DNA of 64,000 nucleotides from Phallusia mammillata (taxonomy: Eukaryota), in assembly GCA_965637545.1 (NCBI GenBank), contig OZ281495.1, forward strand, positions 19,592,001 to 19,656,000. The letters run 5' to 3'. Position 1 is the first letter of the stretch, and every line of letters begins with the position of its first letter. This document shows, one piece after another, positions 49,428 through 61,804 of the stretch. Both the position numbers and the translations under genes were made by a program. Under the pieces are notes generated by a model, which did no database searches, was not told the origin of the DNA, and saw nothing but the letters and a program-made list of their open reading frames with translations.

Positions 49428-51326
49428 ATCGAGTTTTTAAAGTTAGTTCTGTCGCAGCACTTCTCCGCCAATCCCTACACCTCCCGTGCTTTATCAGGTA
49501 GCAACCTCGCGGTGTTTTTTCCTGCGCTTTTTAAGTAGTTACTAACATAGGTGGGGCGCAAGCAGTTCTCACCAGCAGGCTCTGGCTGAGTAAACCAACC
49601 TTTTTAGACTTTATGGGGATATCGCGGCCATCGTTTAGCTTTTCGTTTGGGGGAGATCTGTGATTGTTGCTTACTGCAGACAGCATTCGATTTCAGTTGC
49701 CACTTTTTTATGGTACGTCCAGGTTGCCATCCGAAACCAGCAAGTTTCATTTGTTAATCACGCACTGTTTGCCAAGTCTGCTCGCACGTATGAACAATCG
49801 TTTTATCATGGGAGCCGTACTAACGTTTTAACGTTGCCTTATAGTCGCATTTTTAAGTTTTAAAGCGAGCAAGTGTCCTGGAACTTAGGAATGTGCCTTT
49901 ATTTTGCACTTGTTGCGTTTTGGTGCCAAGTTATTTCCATGCGATGGTACACTACCAACCACTTGGCAGGCCTGACCAAATACATCAGCCATTGCGGAAA
50001 TGAAACAAACAAATGCCAAAATGCCAATCCTTAAAAAACATAATATTTCAGCGTTTCAACTTTCCATGTGCTTTTTTATTTGGTGTGTAACCACTGCATT
50101 GTGATATTATCTACTCCATTGTGACGAGTCGACGTTGCAATTTTCTTTTCTGTTTGATAACCGCTGATACGAGGAACCGTGGCCGCTCGTCTCTTGTGTT
50201 TGTAATCGTCTTAAATAAACGAAATGCGTTTAAATCAAGCATGCGTTTCAAGCTTTTAAAATATATGCATTCATATCGAACGCCGTTTAGTTATAAAATA
50301 CGATTCCGTCATGTAGCTTTTTTGTGGGAATTGTGTTTAACGCAATAGCTGTTTCGCAAAAAACTCTTTTCTTGCAATAGCGTCTCGTGCATCTGTCGTG
50401 TATATTTTGCTGAATTCAAAAGAGCGCGTTTCCACGGCAATGACCGAAATACATTCGCTGTACAAAACTCACGAGCTCTAGCTTGATTTATTTTTGCCTC
50501 CTTGCTTTGCGAAATTACCCTTGCAAGTCGCCGTTGCTTAACTCTCTGGAGCAACTAAGCTAATGTTTCAGTTTCACAAAACCTTTCTTTGCTAATATTC
50601 GGTGTCTTTCTCTCATTTTCCCAACCCCCTTTGCTCGCACTTTTTGTCTCACTTCTGTAAGTAATCAAATGAAAGTCTCCTCCTATCTTTCTGTTTTTAC
50701 GTGTGTTGTTCTGTTGTTGCGCTGAAACCGCGACATTACACGCACGATGCGGGCGCCTGACAAACGACAATAATAAAATTTTAAATTATTAATTCAAACT
50801 GGGTCGTATTTGCAAGAGCGTGACTGCAAAACCATGAGTGTTACACGAGTAATTCGAGAGTGTTTTCACAATACTATAACACGAAGACGTTGTTTATTCT
50901 TCAGTATTTTAATGCTGGTATTTGGACAGTGACGCGAATCATTTGCAAATGTTGCTGGTGACTTTTTTTACCTTATTTTGCCCTATTGATTGATAATAAA
51001 TAACATTGCTATTGAAAGCAATACTGTTCATATTGCAAATATGCATCAAAAATAATGTTGGGCGAATAAATAAGCTTCTCCTAATAACAAAACCTCCAGG
51101 ACTAGTCGCCAACTTTACACATCAAACTACTACGTTGGAAACAAAACTTTCTTTAAATTTAAAATCGTGTTACAAAAGTTACAAAACAATAGGCGTAGTT
51201 AAATCAATGTCGTATTTCGATGGAAACCACACAAGTCTACTGTTGAAACATCCGTGTAAGACGCAAACGTGTATCGCTTTGAGCAAGTTTTATAAACATC
51301 GCTACATTATCAACAACAGTCTATCT

Positions 51327-51543
51327 CAGGGGTTCTTAACCTGGGGTGCACGCACCCCCAAGGGGTGCGAGAACTGTTCCTAGGGGGTGTGGGGATGCTG
51401 ACCCATTAAGGTTGGTTAGGTCTATTCTATTTAAGCAATTACAGAAGGGGGAGCGAAAATGGGTTAGTGATTTGAAAGGGGGTGCGAAAATTGGTTTGTG
51501 ATTTGAAAGGGGTGCAGCAAGGAAAAAAGGTTAAGAACCACTG
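51327..51543. mobile_element. hAT-type MITE
   Basis: TIRs CAGGGGTTCTTAACCT / AGGTTAAGAACCACTG (15/16). Perfect TSD GTCTATCT at 51319-51326 and 51544-51551. Confidence 0.93.
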
Positions 51544-52457
51544 GTCTATCTTGAGATCAGAGAATTAATTGAGAGGGTACTGAATTCCATACAAATGGAG
51601 TAAGAACGGTGGTGTTTACAAACCCTGTAAGATTCGCAAATGCAAAAATATACAAACTACCCGATTTTAAGTTTTATGTCGAATTTTTATTTGAGTTTTT
51701 TTTAAGATACCTTATAAATGATTTTTTTGCAGATAACTAAATGCATTCTAGTTGTTAATTTGTAGTCTTTCATTTGTATCTGTAGTTCTTTTTTTGTATT
51801 AATTTTGTAGTCCTCATGCCAAGTCTATTTGTATCTGAAACATGCGCAGGCAGTTAGTCGTTACAAATCCACGTCAACGGCACCTGCGGGAAGATACAAA
51901 TCAAACAGTTTTATGATTAGAAACTTGGTCCAACCTGAGGCCCGCGGGTAAGTTTCATGTGATCTATCAGGCAGTTTGACTTGCTTTATTGCAACTATTT
52001 TCTTCCCGATGTTATTCACCAGTAAACTGCGGAAATAGGGCTTTTTAAGGGTTTCTAAGATTAATAAGTTGACTTTCTTTGATATCACAAATGCCATTGT
52101 TTCCACACAACCCCATTTTATACCGCTTATTATGTCAATACGTTTGTGTTCGCGTACACATTACAAAGCTTGTCAAACAGTGTCAAAATCCTAAACTTAT
52201 ACATTTGTTTATGGGTGATAAATGTTGTTAAAGTCCAGTGCTTGCTAGTTTATTGTTATATTTGTTACAAAACGTGATATAGATCACATCTAGAATGGAA
52301 TTCGTTTATAATTTCGTTAGAATATCGCCTTCTTTCGCACCAAATTATAGTAATAACTTCAATAAAATGTTTTGCACAATAAAACCGCGCAAATTTTAAC
52401 AATGTAGGCTACTTTTTATCTTGGCGGAAGTGATAAGACACAAGTTTCATTTATTGT

Positions 52458-52533
52458 TGCGTCACTCATTTGACAAAGGCATTGTGCTTTAACAACAGTC
52501 CATTTCGCAGAGGTCCGTAAATACATTATAAAT
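52458..52533 (+). promoter_or_regulatory. Putative promoter of the sperm basic protein gene (CRE-like site plus TATA box)
   Basis: TGCGTCA at 52458-52464 and TATAAAT at 52527-52533, about 50 bp upstream of the ATG. Motif match only. Confidence 0.4.
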
Positions 52534-52584
52534 AATACATTTTGTCCGCAAAGTGGCAGTAGTAAGTTGTGTTTTTTTTGGAAA

Positions 52585-53187
52585 ATGACGGAATCAGAAG
52601 ATATGACGCCTGCTACCTCGGAGGAGAGCGTGGCCGTGCCTGACCCATCAGGTCGACGTTCCAAACGCCATGCCGCTTACAACGTTATGGTGAAACGTGC
52701 CATCATTTCCCTCAAATCAAAGAAGGGCTCCTCGAGAAAAGCAATTATCCGTTACATTTGCGCACACAACAATGTAAAGAAGACGAACTGTGTTAGAGCT
52801 GTCGGACGTGCCATTAAGCGCATGATCAGATCCGGAATGCTATACAGAAACAAACGCGGTTCCTTCAAACTTACAGGCAAAGGCCGAGGCCTGAAGGCCA
52901 AGAAGCGACGACGAAGACGCGCAAGCAAGAAAGCTGGGCGCAGGAGGCGCAAGAAGAAGGGACGAAAGGGAAAGAAGTCCAAGAAGTCAAAGAAGAAGAA
53001 GTCCAAGAAGTCCAAGAAGTCCAAAAAGGGCAAAAAGAAGAAGGGAAAAAAGGGAAAGAAGGGCAAAAAATCACGCCGACGTGTAAGGCGAAGAAAATCA
53101 CCCAAACGCGCTAACAGGCGACGTAAGGGAGCTAAGCGCCGAAAGAGCAAGAAGGGCAAGAAGCGTGGAGGAAAACGCAAGCGTTAA
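52585..53187 (+). CDS. Histone H1-like / protamine-like sperm nuclear basic protein (PL/SNBP type), intronless, 200 aa
   Basis: H1/H5 winged-helix-like core 'HAAYNVMVKRAIISLKSKKGSSRKAIIRYI...RAIKRMIRSGML...GSFKL', followed by a ~100-aa K/R/G/S tail. AATAAA at 53252-53257 and no histone stem-loop. The ORF track's TTG start at 52567 is less likely than the ATG at 52585. Confidence 0.88.
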   Translation: MTESEDMTPATSEESVAVPDPSGRRSKRHAAYNVMVKRAIISLKSKKGSSRKAIIRYICAHNNVKKTNCVRAVGRAIKRMIRSGMLYRNKRGSFKLTGKGRGLKAKKRRRRRASKKAGRRRRKKKGRKGKKSKKSKKKKSKKSKKSKKGKKKKGKKGKKGKKSRRRVRRRKSPKRANRRRKGAKRRKSKKGKKRGGKRKR

Positions 53188-53913
53188 ATCAACTTCAATC
53201 AAAATCATCAATATGAAACATACAGGATCCCGGAAAACAATCAATCAACAAAATAAAAAGGCAAAAAACGGATTTTTATGCTTGGTTTTTGCTCTGAAGT
53301 TGACCAATGATCTGTACGAACTGTTATTAGTTAGTTTTTCACAAAAATACCGACTAGTTGACAAAAAACATCGACAAACATTGTGTTTCTATTTTAAAGA
53401 AGAATGACAAAAACAACAAAATTGACAAAATGTTGCACAATCGGTGTAGACACAGGTATTTAACAATTTATTTCTGTGAAATAAATTTGGTAAAAATCTG
53501 TAATGTAATTTTCGTAACACATAAATGCGTAAAATTTTTATTGTTATTTTATCAATTCGATTATTTCTCCCAGAAATTGTTTTTTTTTAACTGTTACAAT
53601 CAATATTAATTTTCTGCTTTTTTTTGGAAAAAAAGACCTGAAATACATATCAAAGAACTTTAAAAGAAATAAAACTTAATTCACAAGTTACAAGAAAATC
53701 AGGTCAAACGGTTAACCTGAAGATGGTAATTTTCAGCAGAAAGTTTGGACAACACTTGGTGGCATTTTTGTGTCTGTTAAATTGTCATTTTTTGTTTTGG
53801 GGGATTTTACGACGTTAACGCTTTTACATTAACAAATCCCCTTCAATACCAGCACACGTATTACAGATTTGGCAAAATAAAAGCAGTTGACAACTGTAAA
53901 TATCAGCCATGCC

Positions 53914-54098
53914 CAGGTTTTTTTTTTAAGGTTTGGTTTGGGTGACCGCTAAGTAGTTTTAAAAGACCGCAAGTGTTTCATTTAAATACCAAAAATAGCC
54001 ATATTTGCTTAAACGAATAATTAGTCAAAATTTTGGGAAACCGCTGGAGAAATTTGGGGGACCGTTTCGGTCCCCCAAAACACCTTAAAAAAACACTG
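53914..54098. mobile_element. hAT-type MITE
   Basis: TIRs CAGGTTTTTTTTTTAAGG / CCTTAAAAAAACACTG. Perfect TSD GCCATGCC at 53906-53913 and 54099-54106. Confidence 0.88.
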
Positions 54099-54711
54099 GC
54101 CATGCCTATGTTACGCAAACCATCGTCTACACATCAATACATTGCGGGCTGCAAGACTGACAATTAGCCTATTGCGCAGTACTACAGCAACCAGCAGTGA
54201 ATCACGTTCCAGCACACGTTCGACTCACGACCATATTTGTAGTTTTGATGACCAGTGAGGTCTTGTGCCATTTATACTCTTCTTTAAGAAACCTCTTAAA
54301 CCTTTTTTTATTGCCAATCAGGAAATTCGATTGTTTTTCTTACACTGCGGACCTGCAGAGACATTCGCATTGAGTGAATTATTGAACATAGACCGAATGC
54401 AAAGCGATAGTTAAATGAGGAAAAGCTGCGCACAATTTTGTCGGGTCAACGAAAACTTTAGTTTTCATCGTTTATTTGATTTGAGGGAGCAAAATATATG
54501 ACAAAAACAATAGCTTGGTAATCTACTTTCGAAAAATTACATTTCGACAATGGCTCTATATATGCTCAGGTTATATACGTCAATCCTTTTTGTGATACTG
54601 AGCATAACGTCACTTAAGCCACGTTTTGAGAAAAACAGTTATAGGTTAGCTACACTATTCACGGTTTTAAATAATCTGAGCAAAAAACATATTCAGTATA
54701 TTTGTGTAAAA

Positions 54712-54755
54712 CATAACGACGTTTCGATAAGGGTTATTGTCATCATCAGGTCATA
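54712..54755 (-). ncRNA. Second minimal hammerhead motif, inverted copy
   Basis: On the - strand: TATGAC - CTGATGA - T - GACAA(TAACCC)TTATC - GAAAC - GTC - GTTATG. One mismatch in stem II. Confidence 0.62.
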
Positions 54756-54806
54756 AGTATTAAAAGCGACAGAAGGCATGCAACTAGGTGACGCACCTTT
54801 ATTTCT

Positions 54807-54850
54807 TATGGCCTGATGATGACAATAGCACTTGTCGAAACGTCGTTATG
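54807..54850 (+). ncRNA. Minimal type I hammerhead ribozyme motif (Penelope-like)
   Basis: TATGGC - CTGATGA - T - GACAA(TAGCAC)TTGTC - GAAAC - GTC - GTTATG. Stem I pairs (with G-U wobbles) and stem II has 5 bp. Stem III is reduced to palindromic ACGU and the cleavage triplet is GUC (C54844). There is one extra U after A9. Confidence 0.72.
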
Positions 54851-55600
54851 TTTTACACAAATATACTGGCTCTGTTTTTTTGCTCATACAAAAAAGGGTC
54901 ATCAGACCTTTTGGTAATCATTTCTATGTACGGTAAGGCAAGGTCAGCTGGCGCGGTTGTACCACTGCGTTACACAAGCTTTCGGCTTGATACGCACGTG
55001 ACTCGCTACGTCACATGATCAAAGTATGGGTGCGTCACTAGGCGATTAGGTTCTGGACCATACAACTTGGAAACTAATTCAAAATGTTATTAAAAGATGG
55101 ATCACGTTTCTACATTTATTGTTAACATATTGAAAATCTGAATTTCTACCGAATGTGTGTTTTGTCTTGGTTTAAATAACGAAAAGTATCTTGTCGCGTA
55201 GCTGTTACGAAGATGGCTGGGCAACAAATTTGCGAAATTTTTTGGCAAACCTAAAAAAATTCATAATACTTTATTTATATTACAGTATTGTTGGGCAATT
55301 AAATGGCCACCAGCCGCCAAAGGAGCAGAGCTGACCGAGCTCAAATATTGAGTCTATTTGCGAAATCTGTGATATCGTGTTACAGCGTAAAAAAATGCGC
55401 TGAACGACTTTGAAACAACACGGGCATATAAACTGTTTTGTTTAGCACCGGTGTTAGCCCAAATTTAAGTGCTTATTGTCGAAACTCGAAACTTTTTTTA
55501 AATATAACGAAATATCTTTAACATAACTTAGGTATTACCTTGAAAACTAATCAAGGGATTTAGTCACAAGATTTCACGGCGCACTACTTATGGCGCAATG

Positions 55601-55610
55601 CAAAATGGCG
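55601..55610 (+). promoter_or_regulatory. YY1-like motif in a CpG-rich patch; candidate BAHD1 promoter / 5'UTR exon (~55600-55910)
   Basis: CAAAATGGCG within a locally GC/CpG-rich segment about 1.9 kb upstream of the BAHD1 ATG. Confidence 0.35.
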
Positions 55611-57510
55611 CGTCGATATCGCATTCGCTCAACCGCATCGTGCTTTCGCCCTTTTTTGCGCAGAACGTTCGTGACGCACAGCTCATATTGTTTACGGCCG
55701 TTTGCGCAGATCTGTCGATCGCAGTTTGAAGGCAGGTTTGGCGCTTTGGTGTAATGCAGCTGAGAGGAGTTCGAGAGCTAGTGGAGCCCATGGCCGATGT
55801 CTGTGGTCCCGGTTTAGACGACATCCAGCATTGCGTATCAGTGGGCAAATTTGAGATCGACCATTGCGAGTATCTGTCTAGCTCGGTTTGAGTCTTTTGT
55901 TGTGTTAGAAGGTTTCGCCCCGCGGTTTAACACGTTCATTATAAATAGTTAATAGTAAGAAGTCGGGCTTGTTTCTAAAGCTCGAATTGTAACCTGTACA
56001 TAACAGAGGTAAAAAGCGTGTTATCAGTAATGTATGTCATGGTTACTTCATTTAAATTCAGAACTGCGCCGACTACACAAATTATCTGAATTTTACGAAA
56101 GCCAGACCGTTTCGGATTCTGACTCTGTTAACACTATGTTTTGTAGGCTAATTGTTTGCAAAAAAAATGCGGACGTTTAAAATTGGTTGTGGCGAACAGG
56201 CCTAACTTTCTCCATGTGTAAGGTGTAAGCGTATTGGTGATATTACTCATCGCAAATATGATTCCAGATTATTAGTTATTGTTAAACTTTTAGCTCTGTG
56301 GAACTAGTAGTATGAATAAGTTGCATAAAGAAAACTGGATATTTTATCTTGACGACTGCAAATTGACCCCTTCTTTCTGTCCTATTCTGAGAAAAGTCGT
56401 GAATCATCAATTTCTTTCGTGCGATTGTATGAATGCAGTGTTTGAAAATGCGTATGATATAATTAGCACTCTGTACCATCTTGGTAGCCTACGTCCATTG
56501 AAAAGTTTTTCTTTGGAATATAAAATTAAAAATAGGGTGCATTAGAGTAAAATGTCCTGCATTGTCCGCCAGTGCGAAGGATATTTTACATTCATTTTAG
56601 TGGAGAGTAACACGTCAGTTTGTTGCTTGTCTTTCTATTTTTGCTTATTTCGGTAGGTGAACCGGCGAACGAATAGTGTTGTAGGTGCATTTCTCATCAA
56701 TATTTAAAACACGTATTAGGTAAGGCGTGATTGTACGGAGGCGGTGCCTACTGTGTTTAAATAGGAACAAAGTCATCCTTCCCTGGTTAGCTACATACAA
56801 AACCCATGTCTAACAAACTGGGATAACCGACCTTTTACGTGACTGTGTTTTAGATTTCACTTGTTCAAAAGCAGGCGACTAAGCTAGATTCCTATTTTGC
56901 GAAAATGCGTTGTTTTGTGCGGTGCGCTTAGTGGTGTTAAGTTCGTCCGTATTGTGATGCCGGAAATTTCTGGTCTCATACGACTTCCTCTCTTGCGGAC
57001 CTGTATTGATGCACTGCAGTGCGGCTTTAGTTATAGTAGATTTTTGTGTAAAATACAAATCGTTCCTGCTTTACGAACCAAGCAGGGCGAGTGAGGAATG
57101 GCAAACTTTATTTACCAAGATAAACATTGAAGCGTTTTTTCCAAAATTCCAAATTTGCCAAATATCACACATGTTTCTAGATGTGAAGCACACTGATTAC
57201 CCAGGATGATTTTTAGTGTGACACTAGTTGTTGTGCCTGGTTTTGAAAGAATTTGGTTGGAAGTTGGAACAAATGCTTATTGAGAAAATTTTACATGAAA
57301 TTCATACTTGACCTGTTCACTGATGTGTTAGGTTGGTTTGATTTAATTTAGGTTTTCGAAATGATCTGTATTATCTTGATTTGTTCCATATTGTGCTGAA
57401 AAGAAGAGAAGTAGACCTTGGGGACTAGGTATGTATTTCATGCAATCACTGTGATGTAATATTTAAAGTGTACAATGTTCTTGTACAAATAATATCAATT
57501 TATTAGAAAA

Positions 57511-60500
57511 ATGAGTACAATGGAAAAGAAACCTGTGCAGCCTGTGCGAAGATGCAGGAGAGCTGCTAGCTTGACCGCTCAAGCTTTGTGGAACATTCAA
57601 ATTGAAGATGACTCGAAGCCTGTTTCAAAGTAAGTGCACTTATTTGCAGATATCCTGTTGTATCATGCAACACATGTGTATTTTTCAATCCCTTTTTATT
57701 CTCTTTTTTTAGGACAGCAAGAAAGTCACCAACTCTTCAAGATGTACAAAAGATTGAAAGCCAGAAAAAAACATTGAAACGTGTATCAGGGGAGGCAATT
57801 TCTCATACCCACAAAGGAGGAAAGAAACAGAAGTTGTCTACCAATAAATGCAGTGGTTGGACCTTTCAGCCTACCAAACCTCTTCAATCCCATGCTGGAC
57901 AAAAACCTCAAACGAAAAAGTTGACAGCTTCAGTGGCACCCCTTGTTAAACCTGTTTCCAGTGGACCAAGAGTGATGAGAGTTCATAATCAGAATGTGGG
58001 CCAACATACAAACCCTATTTTACTGTTACCAGTTTCAATTAAAACTGACCAAGGACCATCAGGTACCAATGAGGTTGGCTCTGTGCCAGTCCTGACTTTT
58101 CAAAATCCATCAGATTTTATTAATTGCATCCGATTAAACAAATCAGTTACAACCACAAACATGGATGTTGGAAGAAGCTCATGGCAAAACTCAAGTTTAC
58201 AACTTGCACCCATGAAAACCAAAACTGTTGTATACCCGAAGCCCCCTGTCAGAAGTGGCTTTGGACTGACAGGAAGGAGATCAGATCTGATCCAAGTCAG
58301 CCAATCTGGCCAAGATGAACCCCTTAATTTAAAAATGGGTGAAACAAAGATTCCCAGCTCTTGCAAACAAGTGTTTGCTCCTGGAAAAGTTAAGGCTGGC
58401 AGCGCCAGACCTGTGATGACGTGTACAGTTTCTATTCCCTTAGCAAAAACTGAAAGCAAGGTTTCGATTGCTAAGGTATCTGGTAGCGTTCGAGTGGAAA
58501 AGTCCAAGGACGCGATTAAACAAATATCCTCTCGCACGAAATCTGGAAAAAACTTATGCAGCCGAGGAAATACCGCAAGCACTTTAATCGGAAAAACAGG
58601 CTCTACCTACAGAGCAAAGCAGGACGCTAACTGCCCTTCACCAGGTAGGAGCGTGTGCAGTGTATCCGTTTTGACACACAGATCCGTTTGGTTTCTTGAC
58701 GGCCTGTCTGTTACTGTTCTAACGATTTATTGTCCACAGAATATGCTTGCTCGTCCCCTGATGTCGATGACGTACATCGTGACGCGCGTCATACATGTAA
58801 CCGACCACACATAAACCTGCGACAGAAGGCTGTTCCACCTCCCGGTACAATCGAGTACGAAGAGTACAAAGTTGAGGTATACACATGTGTATGAGCAGAA
58901 TGCTATTAACTGCAACTAATTGAGTGCTTGATAGCATTCTGCCCGGCCGATGGAATGCCAACACTTGCACGAACCGAAGGTTTTTAGTAAACGTTTACCA
59001 GAATTTTAATGTCATTTTATCTCTCGCCCAAGTATCGTGTAGTTAGTCACTAGGCACCTGATTTATGTTGGCACAGCTAAACAGCTGTAGTTTACTGCAT
59101 TGTCGTGTTATGTGCTAATTGCTAGCTGCAGTTGCAGCAGTTGTGTTGCGATGGTGATTCATCAGTAGCGCCAGAGTTGTCCTATTTCCGGTCGCTCTTC
59201 ACACCAACGTTAAGCTGTAAATTGGCTGTACCACAGATACCTAATGCCTGTGTCTATTTCTTGTTTGCCTTATGTCAATATGCTCTGTACTAATCCCACA
59301 GTCGATCAACCAGTCGAGTGGCCTATAGCATTAAACATATTTACAACTTTCTGTGCTTAAATGCAGCAACGACGCATGCTGGCAGATGCGATTTTACGGA
59401 ATCAAAAGCTCAGCTCTACGCTGAAGAAGCCAGCTCTTTCCAGACAAGATTCGGACGAGGAAAGACCCCTTTTAAATCCGAAACTACTTGCCAATTATGA
59501 CTCAACTGATAGCAACAATGGATGGAAGTGGATTGGAAAACCTTACTTTGGGATGGTTTACAGCGTGGTTAGTGAAATTTCAAATACATTTTAAGCCAAG
59601 GCCAAAGTTATCTCAGACAAGCATAAACGCACTTGCTTCAATAATCATTGCTCCGCGGCTTTATACCCCCAGGCCTAGAAGTGACTGGGGATAATTACCA
59701 TTTTGCTTGGTGTAGATTAAATAAACATGGCTGTCCATGTAAATAAACACAATGCATTATACCCACGTTTGTGTGATTTCTATGTGACACCAACCCTGCT
59801 ATATATTGCTTGCTGTGTCTGCTAAACCGATCAAGCATGACGGTTGTCGGTGGAATAACGATGTAAAAATGAAACGATTTTAAATCAAATGTGATGACAG
59901 CGGCGTTATAGTTTCTGTCCTTACTTGATTTCCTGCGCCCAACAGGTTCTCTGATCAACCGACTGCTTGCTAAAATTATTTCATTTCCAGCGAAATTGTG
60001 ACATTTATAATGTAATGAAATAGCGTGTAGTCACGAAGTACGAAGCTTAAGGTTGGGTTAAATGCCAAAAAGTCCGCTATAACCGATTGGAGAACCCCGC
60101 ACCTGACCTGGGAAACGTGAAAACCGGTCGCGGGAAAATCTTATCTACCACGAAAGCCAACCGGGACCAAACGTCGGTGATTAGTGCACCTCAAGCAGTA
60201 TGTGTTTTCGCACCATCAAACAGAGATCCAGAAATTTTAAGTCAACCAATGATCTATTTAAAGCCACTACGTGAACCGCTGGGGGCAATGATTCGTATTT
60301 GTATCAAATGTTTAAACACTAGTATTGTTTTGTCAGGAATGTGGAAAGTACGTGCGTCGTCGCTGTTTCCCAGCCATGACCCGTCGTGATGAAGATGGAC
60401 TTGCTGTCGTAATGGTTCGTGACTGCGTGTTTTTGTGTGCTGGAGGTGACGACGAATCGCCGTACGTTGCCAAAGTAACCGGCTTATGGGAGAAGCCTCA

Positions 60501-61804
60501 AACTGGTGACATGACGATGAGTCTGCTTTGGTACTACAGGTAATGCTAGAACTAAAACGCGTATACTCGACGGATTGCTGTTTGGCACCGAGGTTTACCT
60601 TGTCGTCTATTTAAGACCGGAACATACCGAAGATTCACGAGTACACGCGTCAAACCTTTGTGACGACGAGCTGTTCTTGTCACGTCATCAGGACGAGATT
60701 AGTGTCGCCTGTGTTGAAGACCGGTGTCACGTGCTAAGCTATTCAGAATACTGCAGGTAAATATAGACTTAGTGTCCACGCTATCTATATTTGTTCACAT
60801 CATGTGTTTATATTTGAAATATGGAGAAAGTCATTTTTGTAAATTGTTCATCAAAAATACATGCCTGGCTGTCAGCGCATACAAATTTTCAACCTTATAA
60901 CTACAGCCTGCACAAACACCTCGCTAAAATGTTTTTTTAACAGCCTGATATTCTTGGAATTTGAAAAACAGTTCCAGGCAATTATTTCGCATAATCATGG
61001 TATAATCGACATTTGAGCGACCTATTACATCAGGCGTGTTTTTTCGTTGGGTGCGGAAGGACTATTGTCATACCAGGTCGTGATTGATTTTATTTGTGAC
61101 AAATTTCAGTAAAGTGCAGTGACCTGAAGTAAGCAGCGTGCTGTTCAGGTGAAATTTTAACAGAACAAGCACAAGACCTATTTATATCCGCCCCATAATT
61201 ACCTCGATTCGTACGTGCTGTTATTCTATGAACATGCGTTTGAATTGAAAATCACATTTTATACAATTGGAACTAAAATGCATAACGTAAGAGGTTTGTG
61301 CAAAATGTAGGTTTTCGGCGACTGCGTTTGTGCTACCACTAATGATCCTGATAGCGTTTAGTGTTGTCGCAAAAGTCCTAAACGTAAACACAAGTCCATC
61401 GGTTGTAATTAGTAAATAGACATTGTATAATGCATGTAACTCAAGTAATATGACATGGTGTTAGAGTTGTTCGCCGATTAGCTGGATTGGATTTCATGAG
61501 AGCTTTTCCAAAACACGAACGGCATTATCGATTAACTAAAACGCTTGTAATTGCCTGTAGGGTTCAAGCGAGGCTACACCGTGATCAGGCTTGGAGGAAA
61601 TGCGACCAACGAAAAATGGTCCCACCCCTTCCAATCAAGCGATCCCGTGCCCGACCAAGTTTACCGGGTGAATCGCCCGTCGATGATAATAATCTCTTCT
61701 TCAGTCGTAGAATGTATGACGTTAAAGGGCGACGTGTGTTAAAGTATCTCCCTCCGCCAACCTCCCTAACTGGCGAATATTCAAAACGTGGACCAGCGAC
61801 CTGA
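57511..61804 (+). CDS. BAHD1: BAH domain-containing protein, BAHD1-like
   Basis: Exons 57511-57629, 57713-58644, 58740-58876, 59367-59567, 60337-60539, 60616-60756 and 61561-61804 splice in frame. N-terminal 'RRAASLTAQAL' and pre-BAH 'NGWKWIG'. BAH: 'VRDCVFL...[31 protein letters not shown]...ELFLSRHQDEISVACVEDRCHVLSYSEYCR', 'RMYDVKGRRVLK'. Confidence 0.9.

Larger units (their letters stand above)
54677..54886. repeat. ~81-bp inverted repeat (47-bp spacer) resembling inverted Penelope-like pLTR fragments
   Basis: Left arm 54677-54757 is the reverse complement of right arm 54805-54886, apart from about 8 substitutions and 1 indel. Each arm carries a hammerhead motif. Confidence 0.85.

Noticed and set aside
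52752-53180. 142-aa minus-strand Phe/Leu/Arg-rich ORF
   Set aside because: Antisense shadow of the AAG-rich sperm protein tail.
54165-54235. tRNA/SINE-like A-box and B-box (TAGCCTATTGCG ... GTTCGACTC)
   Set aside because: Weak A box, no cloverleaf can be drawn, and no second copy in the window.
54890-54910. Third CTGATGA on the minus strand (also GAAACGTCG at ~22915 on minus)
   Set aside because: Each has only half of the hammerhead core; the matching GAAA or CUGANGA is absent at the right spacing.
58100-58582. 160-aa minus-strand ORF
   Set aside because: Lies wholly antisense to a large BAHD1 exon and has no independent signature.
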